Below are positions 35,451 to 46,909 of a stretch of 64,000 nucleotides of DNA, piece by piece (the stretch's first letter is position 1; every line of letters starts with the position of its first letter). A program made the translations under genes and the position numbers. Origin of the DNA: Sporopachydermia quercuum (taxonomy: Eukaryota); assembly GCA_001599295.1 (NCBI GenBank), contig BCGN01000012.1:248001-312000 (forward strand). Reading direction: 5' to 3'. Below the pieces are notes generated by a model that saw nothing but the letters and a program-made list of their open reading frames with translations, was not told the DNA's origin and made no database searches.

Positions 35451-38116
35451 TTTGTGTTTACAATATAGTTATAAATACAGTTTATAATGCAATCAATACA
35501 ATCAATTCGATGAACTGATCAATGTATTTTTGATTTGATAATTATCAGTGGCCTAATATTATCAATGATAATACCTCGCCAATACACACAAGGTCTCAAA
35601 TCTCTCAACAAATCAATCAATTGATGGACAACCAGGTATTAAAACTAATTACACTGAGCTGTTTAAACAATCAATTGTTCAGTATTGAGTTCTATCAATA
35701 AGAAGCTGATTGATCAATTTACGCCATTTATAACTAGCAGTACTATAGTTGATTAGATAGAAGATAATTGGCACTTTTAAGGTAGACCTCCTTAGTGTGT
35801 ATGGCAATGAGAAGTAAAGTGCTTAAGGTTTGCTTGTGGAATGGGACACAATGTTGAAATCTCGGACTTTAGNTCTCACTTTGTACTGGAGGTTGATTGG
35901 GTGTAATAATTTATGATTATGTCATATTTTGTGAGAAGAAAGCAGAAAGAGACTTGAAGTACCTAAGAATGCAGCTGAGGTTGCGTGAAGTCATTAAAGG
36001 GATTGAAATAAATGATGTAGTAATTAATTGGTGTTCGAATGTATACTTTTTGCTTAATGAAAAAGAAAAAGAAGAATATAAGATTTATCGGATTCAATTG
36101 TTACGGAGTTATCTATTATTAGGCCATCTTGACTAGTAGTCTTTTGAAATGAATAACATACAATCACATCAGCCGTATTCATTAGTTGTACGTTCAAACC
36201 AAATAAAATAAGAAAGATCTTTTAGTGTATTGATATCATAAATATCGGCTTTGATTTCATGTAAAATTCAATATATTGCATCTGTGGTCAAGGCTGGCAA
36301 AGAAGTTTGTCAATTAAGACTCTTACTTATTTTGTCGTATTAAAAGTCTAGATTCGACGCAGAAAGTCTGTGGTCACATACTGCGCCACATAATCAAGCT
36401 AATCTGCCTCTATTTAGCTCCTGATTAATTATCTATATCATACGGATCGTATCATTAAAGCTAACTGCGAGTTTATTAGGCATAAAAATGACTTGTTTCT
36501 TGAAATTAAAAACTCCAAGTAAAGCTGGCGGAGGCTGCTTTATTAGATTTCCTTTCTAAGAAAACCGTTGGAGTCGATTGTGAGTTTAATTAATTCTAAA
36601 AATAGGTGTCGTATTAACTTTAAATTAGGTTGTGCAAGCTCTTCGTTTTCTGGACTTTCTTTTCCTGTATGAGTTTTCCACTGTAGTGCTAATAGTGAAT
36701 TGAGAAGTTTTAAAAGAAAAATACAGAAATACATATGTTGTAACCATTGAGTTGCCATTGATCCAAATCGCTTTAATCACGAAGTACTGTGATAGATTGG
36801 CATAAATTTCAGACAAGCTTTTATGACTCGAGCATTTGTTTTAGGTTTCGAAGCTTATTTTTCAAGCACTTTCGTCAAGTCACTAGACTTTATCAAATTC
36901 AAGATCCACAAGTAACAGTTAATTACAGTTCAAGGAATTGAATTGGTTCCACACTCTCAACTGGTAGTACGCTTTTTACTGCAATGGTTGTAGTTTCTAG
37001 TATAACAAAATCGGGGTGCTGTTTCACTAGTGCAACTGAAAGCTTAATCTTTGTCAGAAATGCTGTAATCCTTCTATTCGTGTTATGAGTACTTGGTAGC
37101 GTTAATTGATGGCATATTTTTATCTACAGCAATAAGTGCTATCACCACGTTTCGGTATACTATTTAAATATCTATAATGTTTGTTGTTGTTGTTTTTTCT
37201 TGTTTTTTTTCCGACTTTATTGTAGCGTATCTTCTGAGACCAACTAATTATATACATGAATCTTCATATCTACCCTACTTTAGCTGCTGTTCAATCAATT
37301 CTCAACTCCATTCAAAATCTCTAAATGTTTCTCCATTTTCACAACTCTTATAATTATTAGTTTTCTGTGATTTAAACATTTCGCCAAACAAGTCTCCCAT
37401 TTCTTCCGATAACCTATCTTTCCTAATCAAAATCAGTAAATCATCATCGCAAACAAACTCTTCTATATCAAAACTCCGCCAGGTTTCTGTACTTGAAAAG
37501 TAACTAAACTCTATTTTGGCTCAAGTAACTGGGGTCCTTCTTGCATACAACCCTGAGAACTTTAGTTCAAATTTCAACTTTATTTTCTTTCCTAAACATT
37601 TGCTCCAAATCGTTATTTCCACCCTATTTTATAGTATAAATGATCACACAATTGCATCCTCCATTCAAGTTATGAAAAGTGGTTAAATTCCCACCCCTAA
37701 TATAACATTATCTAATCTGTAAGATTTCCTCAACAATATATTATCCTTTTACCCTCGAAGAATCGTCAAATTCTCATCAGATTCCGCTTTGCCAAACTAT
37801 ATTCCCTCGTGACTTCAGCTTGATACGCGAAACTCAGTTGAAACAAGATCTCTGGTTTCACGAAGTTATTATGATTTTTTCGAACTGTGGATGAGCCTTC
37901 AGTAACAAGAGACTTATTCCCACTGGAAAAGAAATAATTTTTCGCTTTCAAGTTTATCTCAACCTTTTCAAGTCGGTTCATTTATTTATTAATTGAGTGA
38001 GTATTCCCTTTTTATAGGAACAGGTCGTTATTTCACAACAGATCAAGGAAGATTACCATTGAGGAGATCATTCGAATTTTCACAAGTTCATCACACTTTT
38101 ATTCAATAATCAAAAA

Positions 38117-39409
38117 ATGTTATTATTTTCTGGCAAGTATGCGAGAAAAAAGAATGTCAATACATTTGACATGATTAACTTGGACCTGTTCAAGTATCAT
38201 ACGTTTTTCTCTATTGTCGGTTATATTTGGGTATATGTTGGTATTGGTATTACCATTGCTTTTTATGCCTCTGATGTATATACAGCCGTCAAACTTATTG
38301 GATTCAATCAATGGGCATCTATAATTGAACCTCCTATACCATACAGAATTACCAGATGGTTATTTGCGGCTTGTATTTTTGTTTCTTTTGCTCTTTCCAT
38401 ATACAAAACCGTTCTAGCTGTGAAGATTTACCGTACCAGAAACATTTCGTTGAATTACACTACGCCTTTTGCCAGGATGTTCTATTCAGTGAAAGGATAT
38501 AAATATTACTGTGTATTTAACGGGATAGCTCAGGATAGACCCTTCAGAGATATTGTTGCGTTCTTTGTCTATTTTTCATTCAAGGACATTTTAATTCTCC
38601 TGCTAGGAGACTCACCACGTCAAGCAATCAATGGATTGACACTGTTTGAAGCATTGAAGCTTGATGGAGATTTTCTTGAAGCTATCAAACAGATAGCTGC
38701 ATCATCGAGGGAAGAAGCTGTTGTTTTAAGTGTTATGGCTTTCGCTTTTATTATCTGGGCTCTTTCTATCATAAGACTGGGATTGGCTATAATTCTATAT
38801 CCTTTTGTCTTTTGCTCTATTGGAGAAGAAGCTGACTCACTAGAAGAGTACTGCTGCATTAAGGTTGACGAAAAGATTGACTCTCTTGCAATGAGGTTCC
38901 ATCTCAACACTTTTGGAGATATCAGAATGAATAGCATAAATTCAGTTCAACCAATTATGCCAGATTTTAACTTTGGTGGTGATCTTGAAATAGGCTCTCT
39001 GAACGATGACGAGAAGCTTATGAACAACGTAAGCACTGCTTCTTTATCATTACCTTTACGTGAAAACTCATTGGATGATAACAGGAGTTGGGATACTAAT
39101 CAAGCGTATGGCCAAGAGCCAGTAGCTTATGATTTAGGTGCTAATAGGTATGGTAATTCTTATGAGTTTAATAATGAGCCAATTTACTCAGGACGGAATT
39201 ACAACGAAAGTCAATCAGAGATTTACCCTAGATATCCTGAGTCGAGTTTTGGTGCTGCTATTGAAAGACCTCCATCGTACAGAACGATGAACAGTACACC
39301 TGCTCCTTCTTATAGGACGGATGTCTACAGTCGAAATGAGCAGAACGAAAGATCCAATAATGTATCACGACAATTAGATGATATTAGGGAGAATCATAAT
39401 GAATATTAG
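38117..39409 (+). CDS. KCH1: Kch1/Prm6-family potassium transporter
   Basis: FDMINLDLF, SDVYTAVKLIGFNQWAS, RWLFAACI, TRNISLNYT, DSPRQAINGLTL, SLEEYCCIKVD; disordered C-tail. Confidence 0.85.
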   Translation: MLLFSGKYARKKNVNTFDMINLDLFKYHTFFSIVGYIWVYVGIGITIAFYASDVYTAVKLIGFNQWASIIEPPIPYRITRWLFAACIFVSFALSIYKTVLAVKIYRTRNISLNYTTPFARMFYSVKGYKYYCVFNGIAQDRPFRDIVAFFVYFSFKDILILLLGDSPRQAINGLTLFEALKLDGDFLEAIKQIAASSREEAVVLSVMAFAFIIWALSIIRLGLAIILYPFVFCSIGEEADSLEEYCCIKVDEKIDSLAMRFHLNTFGDIRMNSINSVQPIMPDFNFGGDLEIGSLNDDEKLMNNVSTASLSLPLRENSLDDNRSWDTNQAYGQEPVAYDLGANRYGNSYEFNNEPIYSGRNYNESQSEIYPRYPESSFGAAIERPPSYRTMNSTPAPSYRTDVYSRNEQNERSNNVSRQLDDIRENHNEY

Positions 39410-39953
39410 GAACTGCTGTACTAGAAGTGATTGCTTTTGGATATTGAAACAGGAACATTGGTAAATGTAATGACAGGTGTGACAGGTACGATTTATAGAA
39501 TGAAAGTAGACGGTGAGTGACATAGTATTAATGTGATTAATTCTTGTCAATGGAAATGGCATAAGGGAAATAGATATAATCATGGATTTATGAATGACAA
39601 TAATAAAATACAAATGTCCAGTATGAACATTTGTAGCTAGAAAATGTGAGCAAGGATAGGGAAGTATAACAGGTTATTGGATTATCCATTAGACATGATA
39701 CATAATGCGTAATACAGTAGAAGATAGAATAATAATGGTCAATTTGTTTCACCGATCGTAATTAACAATAATATTAACGATCTCAATTACAATAAAACAC
39801 TTCCTGGTAGTAACTTCCACAAATCATGTTGGTAAGCACTGATTGCGAATCCCTTATAATACACGGAATACAATGACACCTTTTCATTACGAATAAATAC
39901 ATAATTTTTATATGCTTCAATATATACATAGATAATCCCGAAATTGAGCCCAG

Positions 39954-40808
39954 TTAATTCTTGTTTTCCTGTTTGGATTTTTCATACTCTGCTCTTAACT
40001 TAGCTAATTCCTTTTCATCAATTGGAGGAATGGGCACATCGTCGAAATCAATATCTTTTCTCAGCATCTTGTATGTGTAAATGTCTGCTAAATGTTAGTA
40101 TCAAATTGAAAAAAAAATATTGTTTTGGTGTGAATAGAAATGAAATCAAAAAGATTACTGAGACTTTGATTCGACCTTGTGTTTTAAATCAGTCTTCAGT
40201 AAATCATTACGTGAAAATTCGACCACAAGTGCGAACTGAGAATAACATACAAATTGACCCAGAAGCCAAAGCAAGAACAACAAATAAAGCAGCATTTTTT
40301 ACTGTATATGGTCTTCGAGCTCTTAACATGGCTGGTGTCATTTTCCATGTTCTAGGATCTTGATATGGAGAAGGATTTGCCCTATTGTTTGAATAATAGT
40401 ATTAGTATAAAATTGTTACATATTAGTGATAACTGATAGCAAGTGGAACGCGATATTATAGATTTCCGTAACTGATAGGATTGAAGGAAGAGTTCAGGAA
40501 CTAGATATCAACCCAGGTGACATATATCTGACTAAAGGGATAATAACTGGGAAATCAAAGCTTGAAAGAAGTTCGCCTGACCGGCTCATTCTTCATAATG
40601 TGCATCATTCGCTTTTTCAAACTCTTCTTGTGGCATCGTATGCTCTACAGAGTAAAGGATATATAGCCAACAGCCTATCAATAACAACAATAACCATGTC
40701 ACTATCACCATATTGTACTATCAGAATAATATATCATACTAATACATACAAGGCAGATCTTCGCTGAACACGAGGATCTGAAGCAAAAAGTGCCGCTGTG
40801 AATCTCAT
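39954..40808 (-). CDS. COA3: Cytochrome c oxidase assembly factor 3, 106 aa; exons 40808-40750, 40381-40251, 40084-39954 (not in ORF track)
   Basis: Splices to [45 protein letters not shown]...[39 protein letters not shown], matching recalled Coa3 ([17 protein letters not shown]). GTATGT donors, TACTAAT/TACTAAC branch points. Exon 1 is less certain than exons 2-3. Confidence 0.9.
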
Positions 40809-41085
40809 TTTTGCTATCTTTCTGAATGCTTTCTTCTATATGAAGTTATATTTCAGTACTCCTGTACTACCAACTTGTTCAAAAAGAGAAAGAATAGTTC
40901 AATGCATATAAACTATCAAACAGGTAGACTAGCTGAAAAAACAGTAGTAGACCTGACCATCTATCAGTCAGTTCATTATTTGTGGTTCTTTAATACATAA
41001 TAGATTTCCTGATTAGGTAATACTTTTTAAACAAGCGGGTAATGCATCGTTCAATACTCATCACAGAGCCAGAATATTATAAGGG

Positions 41086-41092
41086 TTACCCG
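41086..41092 (+). promoter_or_regulatory. Reb1-type site TTACCCG in the COA3/CCT5 divergent promoter
   Basis: Exact TTACCCG, ~340 bp upstream of the CCT5 ATG and ~280 bp upstream of the COA3 ATG. Confidence 0.45.
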
Positions 41093-41429
41093 GGCAGGTC
41101 AATCAGTATCTAGAACTACCCCCTACAATCTCCATCAAATTTCCCTGACCCAATTTTTATAATGGCGTTTTATGTGGATGTGAAAAGTTCGTGTGGCATC
41201 AATATTTCTGGCAAATGGAGTAAAGATCGATTGTATTACTAGGGGACTGTACTAGAACGAAGTTGTATTGGTTGTTGATCTACTGATTTGGAAGCTGTGT
41301 GATTATATATGTATAGCAATCGGTACTTATTGGGTTGTGGTATAAATTTTTGAGTAATTGAGATCTTTACGCAAGCATATTTTCAATCTTGTTCAAGAAG
41401 TGCACAAACCGCAGAAATTATAGTAAAAG

Positions 41430-43412
41430 ATGGCTCAACAACAAATGATGGCCATGCCTGATATGTCCAATGCCATTATGGCTCAGGACGAGATGGGAAG
41501 ACCATTTATAATTGTCAGAGAGTAAGTATTTAATGGTGGATTGATAAGAAAGGAGGTTAAATGAGGAATTTTGGATAGGTCAGGGATCACTATAATTGAG
41601 GATTACTAACCTGAATATCTTTAGTCAAGGAAGTAAGAAAAGGTAAGCAACAATGACAACTGAAATCAATCTGGCTTTTTTGGACTGTAGATGTAATAGG
41701 TCTTTTTATGTGATGCTGTATCAATGGTTTGATTGCTGATCTTACTACAGTTTTGTTACTGTCATTGTCGTGGGAACCTCATTGATTGATCTACTGGGTC
41801 ATAGCATACAAACTGCTTTACCTTAGCGCTTACGTGCGAACACATACTAACATTTTATCCATTTAGAGCCCATGGAATTGAAGCTGTCAAATCACATATT
41901 CTAGCGGCCAAGAGTGTAGCAAGCATCATTCAAACTTCCTTAGGACCTCGTGGTTTAGATAAAATATTGATTTCACCAGATGGAGAAATCACCATAACGA
42001 ACGATGGTGCTACAATTTTGAGTCAAATGGAATTAGATAATGAAATTGCCAAACTATTGGTACAATTATCAAAGTCACAAGACGACGAAATTGGTGATGG
42101 CACTACTGGTGTTGTTGTGTTGGCTGGTGCTTTGCTAGAGCAAGCCAGTGAATTAATCGACAAGGGAATTCACCCAATTAAGATCGCTCAAGGTTTTGAT
42201 CAAGCATGTAAAGTGGCTGTTGATCATCTTGATTCTATTGCTGATGAAGTTCCAGTTTCAAGCGAAGATCGATCCAATTTACTGAAAGCTGCCAAGACAA
42301 GTTTAGGTAGTAAGATTGTCTCTAAATCACATGAGCAATTTGCTAAGATAGCAGTCGATGCAGTGTTATCAGTAGCTGATTTAGAGAGAAAAGATGTGGA
42401 TTTTGAGCTCATCAAAGTTGAAGGAAAAGTTGGTGGATCCATAGAAGATACTAAGTTAATTAAAGGTGTCGTGATCGATAAAGATATGTCACATCCTCAA
42501 ATGCCAAAGACTTTACATGATGTGAAATTGGCTATCTTAACTTGTCCATTTGAACCACCAAAGCCTAAGACTAAACATAAGCTTAATATCTCCACAGTTG
42601 ATGAATTCAAGAAGCTTCAAACATATGAACATGATAAGTTTGTCGAAATGATTCACCAAGTGAAAGAGGCTGGTGCTAATTTGGTTATCTGTCAATGGGG
42701 TTTCGATGATGAAGCTAATCATTTATTATTACAAAATAACTTACCTGCTGTTAGGTGGGTTGGTGGTCCAGAAATCGAGCTCATTGCTATTGCAACTAAT
42801 GGTAGAATTGTTCCGAGATTTGAAGATCTTGCACCTGCAAAGCTGGGAACTGCCGGCTTGGTCAGAGAAATTAGTTTTGGTACTACAAGAGAGTCTATGT
42901 TAGTAATTGAAGATTGTGCTAATACCCGTGCTGTCACTGTTTTAGTTAGAGGCTCTAATAAGATGATTATTGATGAAGCCCAAAGAGCTCTTCATGATTC
43001 ACTCTGTGTCGTTAGAAACCTTGTACGTGATAGTCGTGTTGTTTATGGTGGTGGTGCTGCCGAGATCTCCTGTTCTTTAGCAGTCAGCGAAGAAGCTGAC
43101 AAGAGATTTGGAATTGAACAATATGCTATGAGAGCATTCTCATCTGCTTTAGATCAAGTTCCACTGGCTTTGGCTGAAAATTCAGGTTTAGCTCCTATTG
43201 AAACTTTAGCAACTATTAAGAGTAGACATGTTTTGGAAAAGGTCTCATGTTTAGGTGTTGATTGTATGGGTAAAGGTTCTAATGATATGAAAGAGCTTTA
43301 TGTTATTGATCCACTCATTGGTAAGAAGCAACAGTTGTTGTTGGCTACTCAATTGACCAGAATGATTCTCAAAATCAATGATGTGATTATTTCTGGTAAG
43401 GATAATTATTGA
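41430..43412 (+). CDS. CCT5: Chaperonin CCT epsilon subunit, 551 aa; exons 41430-41521, 41625-41642, 41867-43412
   Basis: [33 protein letters not shown] after splicing; [44 protein letters not shown]. Confidence 0.97.
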
Positions 43413-44069
43413 GTGGTGTGAACTGATACTTGTATAATTGTAAAGATATCTTGAGGAGCTATAATAGATTTTAATATCAGTAATCATTTACTATTTTTCA
43501 TGTTGTGGTAAACCAATTAGTCTATTACCGCTCATAGGGTGGTGATGAATAATCTTTAAAGATTAAATAATCCCATATTCTATTTAATCGCAAAGATCAT
43601 GCATTAGTTAGCATTGCATTCAATATCATGTTCAAAGCTGTATTTTCAAGTATTAATACCTATTTGGGATCACAATTGACTTAGTAGCGAATTGAAAGAA
43701 GACAATTATACTTAATATAAGAAGATGTTTCAAATATTAGAAAGACGCCAACCTAACTATAAATCTCCAAGTCAACTAGTATATTATCATGTGATTTGGC
43801 CTCTTATAATGTACCATATGCCCTGGTTTGGGACACGATTTTCTTCTTTGAACCTTTATCTCTGTTACTAACCTAACTCCCAGTTTGTAAACCCAACAGT
43901 TCATTGAACCCTTCATATCTATTAACCCTATTCGTCTTCAGTATTTTTGTTGCTGATATATTGTTCTCGTCCAATTGATGCAAAGAAGCTAGGTAGTGAT
44001 TGTTCGGTTTCCTTCAATCTTACGTCGCCATTCGGAAAAAAGATAGCAGCACATTTCGATCACATCGCA

Positions 44070-44831
44070 ATGGCTGTTCCTGATTTGCTTCTAGATCCCA
44101 ATCTAAAGTATTGGGTTCTTTTCCCTATTTTTTTTGTCATGATTCTCGTAGGAATGCTCAGACACTATGCTACCATTCTTTTACAGCCAAAAGCAAAGCT
44201 TGTGCCATTAAAGCAGCTACGGGAACAACAATTCCTTCTACTTGGTTCAAGTTTGAAAGCTACTTACGATGTTATGCCATACAGCACCTTCGATGGTCTA
44301 CGATCCACATTGGCTGCGGATTTCAAAGCGGGAGAATACCTACAAAACCCTGAATTGAAAGGCAAGGCTCCGCCAAACGTGTTGACTGATCCAAAGGCAA
44401 CGGAAGGCATGATGCAAATGATGAAAGGGAATATTGCCATGATTGTTCCCCAGACACTTATGATGAGTTGGATCAATTTCTTTTTTGCAGGATTTGTTCT
44501 ACTGAAGCTACCATTTCCCTTAACTGTCCAATTCAAATCTATGTTACAGTCCGGTATAGCCACACCTGATTTAGATGTTCGATGGGTTAGTTCTATTTCC
44601 TGGTATTTCCTTTGTTTGATTGGTCTCCAATCAGTTTACAGTTTGATTCTTGGCGATGATAATCAAGCCGGTAGTCTGGTTAATTCTCCTCCCCCTCAAA
44701 ATGCGATTCAACCAGGTGTTGATGTTTCTAAGATATTCGACAGTGAGGCTGAAAACTTGGATTTGATTAAACATGAATGGGTTCTTGAGAAAATAGAGAA
44801 ACGAATGCTTGAGATGTATGGATTGAAATAG
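44070..44831 (+). CDS. EMC3: ER membrane complex subunit 3
   Basis: ATG 44070 MAVPDLLLDPNLKYWVLFPI; PFPLTVQFKSMLQSGIATPDLDVRWVSSISWYFL. Confidence 0.94.
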   Translation: MAVPDLLLDPNLKYWVLFPIFFVMILVGMLRHYATILLQPKAKLVPLKQLREQQFLLLGSSLKATYDVMPYSTFDGLRSTLAADFKAGEYLQNPELKGKAPPNVLTDPKATEGMMQMMKGNIAMIVPQTLMMSWINFFFAGFVLLKLPFPLTVQFKSMLQSGIATPDLDVRWVSSISWYFLCLIGLQSVYSLILGDDNQAGSLVNSPPPQNAIQPGVDVSKIFDSEAENLDLIKHEWVLEKIEKRMLEMYGLK

Positions 44832-45366
44832 ATATGATTTATTAGCAGGGAATGTCTATTGCAACTCGAGCTCGAGTTTCGAGATAAGTATATTTGTATG
44901 TGAATGGAGATAATGAGAGCAATTTGGAGGATCGATGGGTAGTTGAAAATGAAAGATTTACTAAAGGTTTTAAATGTACATTGCAGTGATGGACATTTGG
45001 GTGCTCTTAGTATAACAATCGTATACTTCTCTTGGTGTTATCCTTACAAGTGTGTTTGAATATCATATAAGGACAGTATGAATGTATACAAATTATGAGA
45101 TGATAATTTTTTTTCCGGAAATTACTTTCAATAATTAATTGGTGCTATGGCGTCTTCATTAGATGTTCATGACTGTTTATGATTAATATATATTTGACTA
45201 TAAGAATATCACCAGTTCCCTTTTGATAGTCTTCATGTTTATTGATCCAACTAAGACCCTTGATATTCAAGGAAACTCCCACAGCTTTCCGAATGCTGTA
45301 CAATATTTCGTCTCGCCAATTTTTTTTTTACCTATTCTCGCGCAAGGTGTTTTTCAATATTGCTAA

Positions 45367-46354
45367 TCAGTTGTAAAGACCTTCCTCTAGCGAAACAGGA
45401 ATACCTCTTCGACCATACAATCCTTTCCAAGACACAGGGGTTATCCATTCCACTTGCTTATCTTCACCTACAGACTGAGATATGTTCAATACTTTTAAAA
45501 CCTTGCCAGCTAGTTGTTGTGCGTCTCTTGAATTATCTCCCTCATATACAAACATGATTAGCCCTGTGACTTCAGGCAAGGTATTGATTGAGGATTCATT
45601 CTCTCTCAGCACTTCATCCAATATGTACTGTACTATTTTATTCTTAATAACGTAATGTTCATCATTTCTTTTTGCTTTCGCTTCGCTAAATATCAGAAAC
45701 AGGTTATTGAATACTGAGATATCGCAGACTTGTTGTAAAAATTCTGTATTGCTTTCTAGATTCAGATTTTGTATTTGAGAAGTCAATGAAGTGGAAACCG
45801 CAAAGAAGGGAGAGCTAAAAGATGTTAATATTGATAGAGCTATACCTAATAAGAGAATGTATCATAGCTTCCTTAAAACCACTGTGGTTCCACCAAATAT
45901 ATGTTTCCTTTAGAACATACCTGTCGAAATCAATTCTTAGTCCCGCATCTGCAGATCCTAGAAGAAGCACACTCGCAAATTTGCCTTGCAAAATAAAGGG
46001 TATCAGTACTTCCTTGAGAAACTGTAGAGAACGCCCTGGAACTATAGGCGACCTTTGCTGAATCACTGTGTAATTTTTTTCTTTGCTTTGGTAAACATCT
46101 AGTGGCAAAGAGAGGCCTTTGGTTGATTCTATCTTCTCAAGATCTGCCGTATCAACTGGGCCGACAATTGGGTAAAGATAATCGTGATTTATAGAACCAA
46201 TATGTTCCAAACTTAGGGTATGAATAAGTAAATCCACAGCTAGTTGAGGTGTGTTTCCCATAGAAACTGTCGGAATAATTAGAGTGGATCCTGATAAGGA
46301 TTCTACTTGGAATTCATGCTTTGAGGGCGTGAATAGATCTGTTGCAATAGTCAT
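45367..46354 (-). CDS. ADD66: Proteasome assembly chaperone 2 (PAC2/Pba2), 293 aa; exons 46354-45921 and 45814-45367
   Basis: LIIPTVSMGNTPQLAVDLL, VIQQRSP, C-terminal WITPVSWKGLYG...GLYN; 106-nt intron GTATGT..TATTAAC..TAG keeps frame. Confidence 0.85.
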
Positions 46355-46909
46355 TATAAGTAGATTATATAATGCTGATAAATAATGAAGATAAATAGTG
46401 TATTAGAGATAGTTGTGGTAGAACTTGAAATTTCAATAAACAAGCAGACAAATCTGTCTCGTGTTTCTGGAGTATATTATGTCTGTTAGAAATTATAATT
46501 GAATTATATGTTGGTTTTACAATTCATATGCATTTATTTATATGTTCTGTAATCCATTTTTTCTGTGTGTGCAAAATCAGGTGTTAGGTTAAAATTAACT
46601 TGTTAGGTGTTATAAGTGAAGCTAATATTTTTCGCACTGCTACGAATAATTCTATCTCTATGGTGATGAATTAACAAAAAAGGAGTAGGGAATGAAATGT
46701 ATAAGAAGATTACCATATTAAAAGTTTAGTAAATATATTGGACTTTATTGTTGTTAATTAGTTAACTAATGAAACATTTTTTGATACTGTGAAAGGACAA
46801 ACAGAAGAAGAAATTTTAGTGTCTCGCCACAAGGAATTAAAGAGCACAATAGAACATATCACAAAACAATTTAAGCACAACAAACAAATAGTAAATTAAT
46901 ACAAATACA

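Noticed and set aside
788..35873. Isolated single N bases (788, 2726, 4666, 12399, 35873)
   Set aside because: Assembly ambiguity or heterozygous sites; reading frames are unaffected
35451..38116. 2.7-kb ARP3/KCH1 intergenic region with small ORFs
   Set aside because: No spliced gene, LTR, tRNA or repeat could be reconstructed; treated as a divergent promoter
41867..43412. Alternative CUG decoding (Ser or Ala)
   Set aside because: In-frame CTG codons fall at conserved Leu positions ([13 protein letters not shown]), consistent with the standard code
44863..44878. Perfect 16-bp palindrome AACTCGAGCTCGAGTT downstream of EMC3
   Set aside because: Single occurrence, no associated element or target-site duplication
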